DNA from: Clostridia bacterium
GTDB lineage: Bacteria > Bacillota > Clostridia > RUG12999
NCBI GenBank assembly: GCA_045577655.1
Contig: JAZNIU010000027.1
Coordinates: 1,528 to 65,527, forward strand
Direction: 5' to 3'
DNA length: 64,000 nucleotides
The position numbers and the translations under genes are program-made. The notes beneath the pieces were generated by a model that was given only the letters and a program-made list of their open reading frames with translations, searched no databases and was not told where the DNA came from. Shown here one piece after another: positions 8,809-17,416 of the stretch. Positions within the stretch are counted from its first letter, which is position 1; each line of letters starts with the position of its first letter.

Positions 8809-9942
8809 ATGAATATTTTAGTTGCAATAGATTCCTTTAAAGGAAGCCTTACTTCTCTTGAAGCGGGGAATGCTGCAAGTGAAGGAATAAAAAGATGTTT
8901 TCCTGATGCTGATATAAAAATTTTGCCCATAGCAGACGGCGGCGAGGGAACTGTTCAGGCTCTTGCCTATGGTCTGGGCGGAGAAATACAAAAAGTTTCT
9001 GTTAAAAATCCTCTGGGTGAAGAAATTGTTGCAGAATATGGTATGGTTGGGAAAACTGCAATAATCGAAATGGCAGCTGCTGCAGGAATTATTCTGATTG
9101 ACAAAACGCAGCTTAACCCAATGGTGACAACCACTTACGGAGTGGGACAGATAATCAGGGACGCAATTTCAAAAGGTTGCAGAGAATTTATTATCGGCAT
9201 TGGCGGAAGTGCAACCAACGACGGCGGTGCAGGAATGCTTCAGGCGCTCGGCTATCAGCTCCTTGACAAAGACGGAAATGAAATTTCGCTTGGAGCAAAA
9301 GACATAGGCAAAATTGCTCAGATAAAAGATAACAAAGTAGTTCCGGAACTTTCTGAATGTGTGTTTAATATTGCGTGTGATGTTACAAATCCTTTGTGCG
9401 GAGAAAACGGTTGCAGTGCAATTTTCGGCCCGCAAAAAGGCGCAAAAAAAGAAGATATCAAGGTGATGGATGATTCACTTTATCATTTTGCAGAAGTAAC
9501 AAAACAAAAGTATAAAAATACTGATATGAATTTCCCCGGAGCGGGAGCTGCAGGTGGACTTGGATTTGCTTTTATGGCGTTTCTGAATGGCAAACTGCAG
9601 TCGGGTATCAATCTTATACTTGAAAAAATTGAGATTGAAAAATATATAAAAGAAGCTGACCTTGTTATTACGGGTGAAGGAAAAATTGACAGCCAGACAA
9701 TTATGGGGAAAGCCCCGACGGGAATTGCAAAGCTTGCAAAAAAATATGACAAAAAGGTTATAGGTTTTTGCGGATGCACAACAAGAGATGCGGGAATTTG
9801 CAATCGGCACGGAATTGATGCTTTTTTCCCGATTGTCAGGTCTGCCTGCACCATAGAAGAGGCGATGGACAGGGAAAATGCGGCAGCAAATATGGCAGAT
9901 TGTGTTGAACAGGCAATGCGCCTTTTTGCTTTTTCAAAATAA
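8809..9942 (+). CDS. Glycerate kinase (GlxK/GarK family)
   Basis: MNILVAIDSFKGSLTSLEAGNA...ILPIADGGEGTV is the canonical glycerate kinase N-terminus. 377 aa. RBS GGAGAAATAA precedes the start. Confidence 0.85.
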   Translation: MNILVAIDSFKGSLTSLEAGNAASEGIKRCFPDADIKILPIADGGEGTVQALAYGLGGEIQKVSVKNPLGEEIVAEYGMVGKTAIIEMAAAAGIILIDKTQLNPMVTTTYGVGQIIRDAISKGCREFIIGIGGSATNDGGAGMLQALGYQLLDKDGNEISLGAKDIGKIAQIKDNKVVPELSECVFNIACDVTNPLCGENGCSAIFGPQKGAKKEDIKVMDDSLYHFAEVTKQKYKNTDMNFPGAGAAGGLGFAFMAFLNGKLQSGINLILEKIEIEKYIKEADLVITGEGKIDSQTIMGKAPTGIAKLAKKYDKKVIGFCGCTTRDAGICNRHGIDAFFPIVRSACTIEEAMDRENAAANMADCVEQAMRLFAFSK

Positions 9943-9957
9943 AATCAAAAAAAACTA

Positions 9958-9986
9958 TTGAAATATGGTAAAAAATATTATATAAT
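9958..9986 (+). promoter_or_regulatory. Sigma-A type promoter (TTGAAA - 17 nt - TATAAT) for the TAXI-TRAP operon
   Basis: Consensus -35 at 9958-9963 and -10 at 9981-9986 with a 17-nt spacer. It lies inside the 5' extension of the 9958 ORF call, so the true CDS start is 10021. Confidence 0.6.
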
Positions 9987-10020
9987 AATATATTATACTA
10001 ATAAAATATGGAGGATTATC

Positions 10021-10980
10021 ATGAAAAGAATAGTAGCTATGCTTATGGTGCTTGTAATGGCACTCGCTGTTGCTTCCTGCGGAAGCACAACAGGAACAAA
10101 AATGACAATGGGTACCGGCGGTACAGCAGGTACATATTATGGTTACGGCGGCGTTCTCGGACAGTATATCAAAGACAAAGCCGGCATTGGTGTAACAGTT
10201 GTTTCAACTGATGGTTCAAAAGCTAATATCCAGGGTATTGAAGCTGGAAACTATCAGCTCGGAACAGTTCAGTCTGACGTTATGTCTTATGCTTGGGAAG
10301 GCACACGCTCTTTCACAGAAGAAGGCAAAACAACTTCTTTCCGTACAGTTGCAGGGCTTTATGCAGAAGCAGTTCAGCTTGTTACAATGGACCCGTCCAT
10401 CAAATCTGTTGCAGACCTTAAAGGTAAAGCGGTTTCCATCGGTGCTCCCGGATCCGGCGTTTATTTTAACGCAGTTGACGTGCTTACAGCAGCAGGTCTT
10501 ACAGAAAACGACATTAAAGCACAGTATCAGTCTTTCGCAGACAGTGCAGATGCTTTAAAGGATGGAAAAATTGACGCAGCATTTATCGTTGCAGGTCCTC
10601 CGACACCGGCAATTACAGAGCTTTGCACAACAAACAGTGCATACCTCGTTCCTATCGACGGTGCAATTGCTGAAAAACTTATGAGTGACTGTCCTTTCTA
10701 TTCACTCTACACAATTCCTGCAGGTACATATAACGGCCAGGCAGAAGATGTTGTTACAGTAACAGTTAAAGCAACTCTCATCGTAAGTGAATCTGCATCT
10801 GAAGAAGATGTTTACAAATTGACAGCAGCAATTTTTGATAACATTGATGCTATTTCTGCAGAAAATGCAAAAGGTAAAGAACTTAGCCTTGAAAATGCAA
10901 CTGAAGGTCTTACAATTCCTTTCCACGCAGGTGCTGCAAAATATTTCTCAGAAAAAGGTATTACAGTAGCAGTCGATTAA
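10021..10980 (+). CDS. TAXI-family TRAP transporter solute-binding lipoprotein
   Basis: Lipoprotein signal (LAVASCGS). MTMGTGGTAGTYYGYGGVLGQYI is the TAXI signature. RBS GGAGGATTATC ATG. Confidence 0.85.
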   Translation: MKRIVAMLMVLVMALAVASCGSTTGTKMTMGTGGTAGTYYGYGGVLGQYIKDKAGIGVTVVSTDGSKANIQGIEAGNYQLGTVQSDVMSYAWEGTRSFTEEGKTTSFRTVAGLYAEAVQLVTMDPSIKSVADLKGKAVSIGAPGSGVYFNAVDVLTAAGLTENDIKAQYQSFADSADALKDGKIDAAFIVAGPPTPAITELCTTNSAYLVPIDGAIAEKLMSDCPFYSLYTIPAGTYNGQAEDVVTVTVKATLIVSESASEEDVYKLTAAIFDNIDAISAENAKGKELSLENATEGLTIPFHAGAAKYFSEKGITVAVD

Positions 10981-10996
10981 TTTATTCGCATATTTG

Positions 10997-11030
10997 TGGC
11001 TGCGGCGAAAAGTTCGTCGCAGCCATTTTA
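10997..11030 (+). terminator. Inter-cistronic stem-loop plus T-tract between the TRAP binding-protein and permease genes (a partial terminator or attenuator)
   Basis: TGGCTGCGGCGA aaagt TCGTCGCAGCCA forms a 12-bp stem (one G-U pair), followed by TTTTAGT. Confidence 0.55.
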
Positions 11031-11057
11031 GTATAACAGAACCAAGGGGGAAAACGG

Positions 11058-13007
11058 ATGTTATTTGGGAAAAAAGCAGAAACTGAAAACAGACCGATGG
11101 ACTTACAAGAGGTTATGCAGAAATTTGACCGCGAGTCCAACACCAGAATCTGGGAAGGTAAGGCGAAAATTGCAGTTAACTTCATTCTGGCTTCTTTTTC
11201 ACTTTTCTGCCTGTATGTAACTCTTTTTGCAAGCTGGTTGGAGGAACTCAGACTTACAACCTTTGTTGCATTTATTGTTTTTATAGGTTACCTTATGTAT
11301 CCTGCTAAAAAGGGTATCCAGAAGGTAAACTATATGCCGTGGTATGATGTTCTTCTTATGCTGCTTGGCACAGGAGCATTTCTTTACTATTCGGCAAATG
11401 CTATTACAATCATTCAGCAGGGAAGTAATTTTGAATGGTACCAGGTTGTAATAGGTATTATCGGCATAATTTCACTTATAGAGGTTTGTCGCAGAAGCGT
11501 TGGGCTGCCCATTGTCATTGTGGCACTCTGCTTTGTGGCTTATGCACTTATCTGGGGGCTTTCAAATCCATCCCTCTGGAAAAAACTTAACTATTTAACA
11601 CACTATCTGTTCTATAGCAAAGAAGGCATACTCTCAACACCAATAAACGTTTGCTCAAAATTTATTGTTGTGTTTATAATATTCGGTGCATTTTTGGAAA
11701 GAACGGGCATAGCTGACTTCTTCATCAAAATTGCAAACACAATTGTCGGCGGTTTTTCAGGCGGACCTGCAAAAGTTGCGGTTGTAGCAAGTGCTCTTGA
11801 AGGCATGGTTTCCGGTTCTTCTGTTGCAAACACAGTTGGTTCCGGCTCGGTTACAATACCACTTATGAAGAAAACCGGATACAAACCAGAGTTTGCGGCA
11901 GCGGCAGAAGCATCTGCCTCAACCGGTGGACAGATTATGCCGCCGATTATGGGTGCGGCAGCTTTCCTTATGGCAGACTATATCGGAGTTCCGTACAGTA
12001 ACATTGTTGTAAGAGCGATTTTGCCGGCGGTACTATATTTTGCAGGCGTGTTCATTACAGTTCACCTGGAAGCAAAAAAAGAAGGCTTGCGCGGAATTCC
12101 TAAAGAAGACCGTCCAAAACTTGTGCCGCTTTTAAAACAGATTTATCTGCTCCTTCCGCTTGTTCTTCTTATTTACCTTGTAGGTACAAGCAAAAACTCA
12201 ATTCAGTATGCTGCAGCAATTTCAATAATTGCGGCTATAGTTGTAAGTTTGTTTAACAAAGGAAGCCGTATAACACCAAAACGTTTCTTTGAAGCACTTG
12301 CAGCAGGCGGCCAGGGTATGATTACCGTAGCTGCAGCCTGCGGTGTTGCAGGAATAATTGCAGGAACAATCACAATGACCGGTCTTGCAAACATAATGAT
12401 TAACGGAATAGTTGCTCTTGCAGGAAACCAGGTTATAATTGCTCTGGTGCTCACAATGCTTTGTTGCATAGTTCTTGGTATGGGTGTTCCGACAACTGCT
12501 AACTATTGTATTATGGCAGCTACCTGTGCTCCCATTTTAACCCGTATGGGTGTACCCACTATTGCTGCACACTTCTTTGTGTTTTACTTTGGTATAGTGG
12601 CAGACCTCACGCCACCCGTTGCCCTTGCGGCGTATGCTGGTGCGGCTATCGGTCAGGCAAACCCAATGAAAACAGCGTTCACAGCAACAAAGCTTGCAAT
12701 TGGCGCGTTTATTGTTCCGTATATGTTTGCGCTTAATCCGAAAATGTTGATGATAGATGCAACGGCGTTTGAAATTATTCAGATAAGCATAACTTCACTT
12801 ATAGGGATTTTTGCAGTTTCCGCATCACTTGAAGGCTATTTGCTGGACAAAATGTCTTGGTATCAGAGGTTGATTTCTCTTGCCGGAGGTCTTCTACTTA
12901 TTGATGCCGGACTTTATACTGATATTGGTGGAATAAGCCTTGTGGCGATAATACTCATTTTGCAGTTTTTCTCAGGCAGAAAGAGAAAACTTGCAGCAAA
13001 TATATAA
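11058..13007 (+). CDS. TRAP transporter fused permease (TAXI-type DctQ-DctM fusion)
   Basis: 649 aa polytopic protein. The N-terminus ...QKFDRESNTRIWEGKAKIAVNFILASFSLFCLY is characteristic of TAXI fused permeases. Confidence 0.9.
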   Translation: MLFGKKAETENRPMDLQEVMQKFDRESNTRIWEGKAKIAVNFILASFSLFCLYVTLFASWLEELRLTTFVAFIVFIGYLMYPAKKGIQKVNYMPWYDVLLMLLGTGAFLYYSANAITIIQQGSNFEWYQVVIGIIGIISLIEVCRRSVGLPIVIVALCFVAYALIWGLSNPSLWKKLNYLTHYLFYSKEGILSTPINVCSKFIVVFIIFGAFLERTGIADFFIKIANTIVGGFSGGPAKVAVVASALEGMVSGSSVANTVGSGSVTIPLMKKTGYKPEFAAAAEASASTGGQIMPPIMGAAAFLMADYIGVPYSNIVVRAILPAVLYFAGVFITVHLEAKKEGLRGIPKEDRPKLVPLLKQIYLLLPLVLLIYLVGTSKNSIQYAAAISIIAAIVVSLFNKGSRITPKRFFEALAAGGQGMITVAAACGVAGIIAGTITMTGLANIMINGIVALAGNQVIIALVLTMLCCIVLGMGVPTTANYCIMAATCAPILTRMGVPTIAAHFFVFYFGIVADLTPPVALAAYAGAAIGQANPMKTAFTATKLAIGAFIVPYMFALNPKMLMIDATAFEIIQISITSLIGIFAVSASLEGYLLDKMSWYQRLISLAGGLLLIDAGLYTDIGGISLVAIILILQFFSGRKRKLAANI

Positions 13008-13026
13008 ATAAATTTGAGGTGTTATT

Positions 13027-13518
13027 ATGAAAACAATTAAAGCTGTTAAGCTTACAAACGAAGAATTTGCTCCTTTTGGACAGTTCTACACAATGACAGA
13101 ACCCGATGGCTACGCTCTTTGCGGAGAAATACATAAATTTTTTCCGGACAGAGTTGTCGGCGACAGCAATCACAGAATAGGTTTTTCGCCCATTGTTGTA
13201 AAAAAACCGGAAAAAATGGTTATTACTCAGCAGGAATATCATACAACAACCTGGGAAATGATTCTTCCGCTTGATGATGATATGATACTTCACTGTGCAC
13301 CTGCATCTGCAGGAACACCTGTTCCCGATTATGTAAAGGCATTTATTGTTCCTAAAAACACTCTTGTAAAGATGAATGCGGCAATCTGGCATCTTGCACC
13401 GCTTCCGGCAAATAATGACAGCCTTACAGCTATGATTATCTTGCCTGAATGCACCTATGCAAATGACTGCACAGTTGTTGACCTTAAAGAAGAGGAACAG
13501 TTTGAAATTGTAAAATAA
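13027..13518 (+). CDS. Ureidoglycolate lyase (AllA)-like cupin protein
   Basis: 163 aa. The N-terminus IKAVKLTNEEFAPFGQF resembles the AllA start (L-x-PLT-x-EAF-x-x-[FY]G). Assigned from memory of the family and not verified. Confidence 0.35.
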   Translation: MKTIKAVKLTNEEFAPFGQFYTMTEPDGYALCGEIHKFFPDRVVGDSNHRIGFSPIVVKKPEKMVITQQEYHTTTWEMILPLDDDMILHCAPASAGTPVPDYVKAFIVPKNTLVKMNAAIWHLAPLPANNDSLTAMIILPECTYANDCTVVDLKEEEQFEIVK

Positions 13519-13547
13519 ATTTGTGCTGATTATATGAGGTAAAAGCT

Positions 13548-14882
13548 ATGAAACTGCCGTATGGAGTAAACAGAATAATTACCATACTGGGCGAAGGCGG
13601 ATATGAGGCCTTCGCTGTGGGCGGTTGTGTGCGTGATATGATAATGGGGAAAGAACCCGTAGATTATGATATTACAACAAATGCTTTGCCACAGCAGATA
13701 AAAAACTGTTTTGCCGGGTTTAAAACAATTGACACAGGAATTAAACACGGAACTGTTACTGTTGTTTTAAATGACGAAAACTTTGAAATTACAACCTACA
13801 GGGTTGACGGAGAATACACTGACAACAGAAGACCGGACAATGTTCGGTTTTCTTCTTTAATCAGCGAGGATTTGTCCCGCAGAGATTTTACTGTAAATGC
13901 AATGGCGTATAGTGAGGATGAGGGCCTTGTTGATTTGTTTGATGGTGAAAAGGACATTAAAAACAAGGTTATTCGTTGTGTTGGTGATCCGGACAAACGT
14001 TTTAACGAAGACGGACTTCGTATTTTAAGAGCCTTACGATTTGCTTCCACCCTAGGTTTTGAAATTGAAAAGAAAACTGCAGAAGCAATAAAAAGAAACA
14101 AAGGACTTCTTAAAAACCTTTCGGCAGAAAGAGTTTTTTCAGAATTTAAAAAGCTTGTTTGCGGAGAAAATGCTGCAAAAATTATTAGTGATTATAAAGA
14201 GGTAATAGGCGTATTTCTACCGGAAATTCTGCCCATGATTGATTTTGTTCAGCGCACGAAATATCATAACTTAAATGTTTTTGACCACACTGTTAAAGCG
14301 TTTGAAAAAACAGAAAAAGATGTTGTTTTAAGACTTGCTGCTCTTTTGCACGATGTTGGCAAACCGGCGGCTGTAACAACCGACGAGGCAGGGGTGGACC
14401 ATTTTAAAGGTCATGCTGTCATCAGTGCAGAAATGGCTGAGACAGTGTTAAAACGACTAAAAGCAGACAATAAAACGATAGAATCGGTAAAACTGCTTAT
14501 ACTTTATCATAGTGCAAAAATTCTGCCCGAAGAAGCAGATTTAAAAAAACTAATTTCTGAAATTGGGTTTGAGCACGCAAAAAATCTGATGAAGCTTAAA
14601 ATTTCCGACACCTATGCAAAAGCATATCCTTATTGCGAAGATAATACTCCAAGAGAAAATCTTGAAATTATAAAAAGAATTGAAAAAAGCGGGGACCCTG
14701 TTTTTATAAAAGACTTAAAAATAAACGGGACCGACATTATGCAAATGGGTGTGAAAGGTCAGGCAGTCGGAAAGATTTTAAACCTGCTTCTTGATTTGGT
14801 GATTTTAAAGGAAATTGAAAATGAAAAAGGCTTGCTTTTGGAGCAAGCTGAAAAATTTATCTGTAACGGGAGGGAAAAATGA
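13548..14882 (+). CDS. cca: CCA-adding tRNA nucleotidyltransferase with HD domain
   Basis: Pol-beta head GGCVRDMIMGKEPVDYDITT and RDFTVNAMAY; an HD domain lies further on (LLHDVGKP). Confidence 0.85.
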   Translation: MKLPYGVNRIITILGEGGYEAFAVGGCVRDMIMGKEPVDYDITTNALPQQIKNCFAGFKTIDTGIKHGTVTVVLNDENFEITTYRVDGEYTDNRRPDNVRFSSLISEDLSRRDFTVNAMAYSEDEGLVDLFDGEKDIKNKVIRCVGDPDKRFNEDGLRILRALRFASTLGFEIEKKTAEAIKRNKGLLKNLSAERVFSEFKKLVCGENAAKIISDYKEVIGVFLPEILPMIDFVQRTKYHNLNVFDHTVKAFEKTEKDVVLRLAALLHDVGKPAAVTTDEAGVDHFKGHAVISAEMAETVLKRLKADNKTIESVKLLILYHSAKILPEEADLKKLISEIGFEHAKNLMKLKISDTYAKAYPYCEDNTPRENLEIIKRIEKSGDPVFIKDLKINGTDIMQMGVKGQAVGKILNLLLDLVILKEIENEKGLLLEQAEKFICNGREK

Positions 14883-16624
14883 AGAATAGCAGTAGTGGAA
14901 GATTTGCCAGATTTTTAACTTATTACATGCCATATCTTAAAATTATTATTCTGGACTTGCTTTGTGCCGGTCTGTCAACTGTTTGTGAACTTGTTTTTCC
15001 TATGATTGTCAGATATATTACCGACACAACACTTTCCGGCGGGCAAGCGCTTCTTTTTTCTTCTGTTGTGAGAATAGGTGCGGTTTACCTGTTTTTAAGA
15101 CTGGTTGATGTCGGCGCAAATTATTATATGTCAAATGCCGGTCATGTTATGGGAGCAAGAATGGAAACAGATATGCGTAAAGATTTGTTTAACCATTTGC
15201 AGAAACTCTCATTTAATTATTATGACAATGCCAAGGTTGGACAGATAATGTCCAGAATCACAAGCGATTTGTTTGACATCACAGAGTTTGCTCATCACTG
15301 CCCCGAAGAGTTTTTCATCGGAGCAATAAAAATAATCGGTTCGTTTGTAATCCTTATCAGAATAAACGTTTTGCTCACAGTTGTAATTTTCCTTTTGCTG
15401 CCTCTTATGTTTGTTTCAAGGCTTGCATTCAGGAAAAAAATGAAACGGGCTTTTAAAGAACAAAGGGAGCAGATAGGTGAGCTTAATGCTGAAGTTGAAG
15501 ATTCTCTTCTTGGTATCAGAGTTGTTAAAAGCTTTGCAAACGAAGACGTTGAGATAGAAAAGTTTAAAAAAAGCAACGTCAAGTTTCTGGAGAAAAAGAA
15601 AAATGCCTATAAGTATATGGCACTTTTCCATTCGGGAACAAGACTTTTTGACGGAATAATGTATATTGCCGTAATTATGGTAGGAGCCCTTCTTGTAATA
15701 AACGGCAAAATAAGCCCCGGTGATTTGATTGCGTTTGTGTTATACATCCAGACACTTATTGCATCGGTCAGAAGAGTTGTTGAATTTACCGAACAGTTTG
15801 AACGGGGTATAACGGGTATTGACCGTTTTTGTGAGATTATGGAAGAGCCGGTGGACATTTTTGACCTGCCGGATGCAAAAGAAATCTCGGATGTTCAAGG
15901 AAACATTACGTTTAAAAATATCAGTTTCAAATATTCGGACAATCTTGAAAATGTTCTGACAAACATAGACATAGACATCAAAAAAGGCGAGAATATTGCT
16001 GTTGTAGGCCCGTCAGGCGGGGGAAAAACAACTCTTTGCAGTCTTCTGCCAAGATTCTATGATATAACAGATGGCGAAATTTTTATAGACGGCGTAAATA
16101 TTAAAGATATTAAAATAAAATCCCTGCGCGAAAATATAGGTATTGTCCAGCAGGAAGTTTATATGTTCAGCGGAAGCGTGTTTGATAATATTGCCTACGG
16201 GAAACAGGATGCAACGCCTGAAGAAGTGGAAGAAGCTGCAAAAGCCGCCGGTGCTCACGAGTTCATTATGTCGCTTAAAGACGGATATAACACCTATGTC
16301 GGGGAACGGGGTGTCAAGCTTTCGGGAGGTCAGAAACAGAGAATTTCAATAGCAAGACTGTTTTTGAAAAATCCGCCGATTCTTATTCTGGACGAAGCCA
16401 CAAGTGCTCTGGACAATGAAAATGAGCTTATTGTTCAGAATTCTCTTGAACGCTTGTCAAAAGGCAGGACAACCTTTACCATAGCTCATAGGCTGACCAC
16501 CATACGTAATGCAACAAGAATTCTGGTGCTGACCGATGAGGGTATAATAGAAGAGGGTTCCCATGAGGAACTTATGCGGCGTGACGGGGAATATGCAAAA
16601 CTTTATAAACTATATACGAGATAA
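14879..16624 (+). CDS. ABC transporter, fused permease/ATP-binding protein (MsbA/multidrug-exporter type)
   Basis: Six-TM N-terminal domain. Walker A GPSGGGKTT, ABC signature LSGGQKQR, Walker B ILILDEATS. The ATGA start overlaps the cca stop. Confidence 0.9.
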   Translation: MKNSSSGRFARFLTYYMPYLKIIILDLLCAGLSTVCELVFPMIVRYITDTTLSGGQALLFSSVVRIGAVYLFLRLVDVGANYYMSNAGHVMGARMETDMRKDLFNHLQKLSFNYYDNAKVGQIMSRITSDLFDITEFAHHCPEEFFIGAIKIIGSFVILIRINVLLTVVIFLLLPLMFVSRLAFRKKMKRAFKEQREQIGELNAEVEDSLLGIRVVKSFANEDVEIEKFKKSNVKFLEKKKNAYKYMALFHSGTRLFDGIMYIAVIMVGALLVINGKISPGDLIAFVLYIQTLIASVRRVVEFTEQFERGITGIDRFCEIMEEPVDIFDLPDAKEISDVQGNITFKNISFKYSDNLENVLTNIDIDIKKGENIAVVGPSGGGKTTLCSLLPRFYDITDGEIFIDGVNIKDIKIKSLRENIGIVQQEVYMFSGSVFDNIAYGKQDATPEEVEEAAKAAGAHEFIMSLKDGYNTYVGERGVKLSGGQKQRISIARLFLKNPPILILDEATSALDNENELIVQNSLERLSKGRTTFTIAHRLTTIRNATRILVLTDEGIIEEGSHEELMRRDGEYAKLYKLYTR

Positions 16625-16664
16625 AAAAAAGAGATGTAACGATATTGTTACATCTCTTTTTGTT
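16623..16664. terminator. Bidirectional intrinsic terminator
   Basis: A-run, then AGAGATGTAAC gatatt GTTACATCTCT, then TTTTTG. It sits between convergent genes. Confidence 0.75.
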
Positions 16665-17412
16665 ACTTTGATATGTAGCTGAGATAGGTCTGAACGGAGA
16701 TTCTGATATATGGCAGAATCCAGAAAAATCCTATCCCGAGTGTTAATATTCCTAAAACATACCATCCTGTAAAGCTAAGATAAAGTGCAAAGAGTTTACC
16801 TTTTTTTCCGCGGAGAACTCTGGCTGAGCGTGCTGTTACAATGGAAACGTTTTCCGAATCATTTTTCTCAATTACAACCGCAGTTGCCGAGTATGAAAAC
16901 AGAGCATTTGTAAGGGTTATAATAAACAACAGTATAATCAAAATACAGATAGCAATGTTTACAGGAGAAAAATAGCTTAATCCGAAGAGCCCGTATATTT
17001 TAAAATATATTATGGTTATTGCCGTGAAAAGTGCAGTATAAAATACAACCAGAAAACTTTTTGAAATAGCAGGCAAAACTGCTTTTTTCATATTTCCGAA
17101 GAAACGGAACAATCTGTCGGTCTTTGGCTGGAATTTATTTGCAACATTTAAGTAATATGAGTTTCTGCCAAGGTTTATGGTCGAAGAAATAAAAATATAT
17201 GCCAGATAATATGCTGCATAAAATATGATAGCAGGCCAGCTGTAGATCATATCGCTGCCATATCTTCCAACGCATAAAAAGTGAACAGTTGCTATTGCGA
17301 AGAAAACCGCAAACTTTATTATAAATGATATTATTCCAACGCCAATATTGCGCCGCATATCAAAAAAATATGCGGCTTTGGCTTCTTTTTTTACTTTGCT
17401 GATGCTAATCAC
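16663..17412 (-). CDS. Integral membrane protein, DUF975-like
   Basis: 249 aa polytopic protein. The N-terminus MISISKVKKEAKAAY resembles DUF975 starts. Confidence 0.35.
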   Translation of the reverse strand: MISISKVKKEAKAAYFFDMRRNIGVGIISFIIKFAVFFAIATVHFLCVGRYGSDMIYSWPAIIFYAAYYLAYIFISSTINLGRNSYYLNVANKFQPKTDRLFRFFGNMKKAVLPAISKSFLVVFYTALFTAITIIYFKIYGLFGLSYFSPVNIAICILIILLFIITLTNALFSYSATAVVIEKNDSENVSIVTARSARVLRGKKGKLFALYLSFTGWYVLGILTLGIGFFWILPYIRISVQTYLSYISK

Positions 17413-17416
17413 AAAA

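Noticed and set aside
9958-10020. 21-codon 5' extension of the TAXI binding-protein ORF (MKYGKKYYIIIYYTNKIWRII)
   Set aside because: It contains the consensus -10 box. The true start is the ATG at 10021, preceded by GGAGG and followed by a lipoprotein signal peptide.
11612-12469. Two 88-90-aa minus-strand ORFs inside the TRAP permease gene
   Set aside because: They are antisense to a long polytopic-membrane CDS, which gives hydrophobic antisense ORFs by chance.
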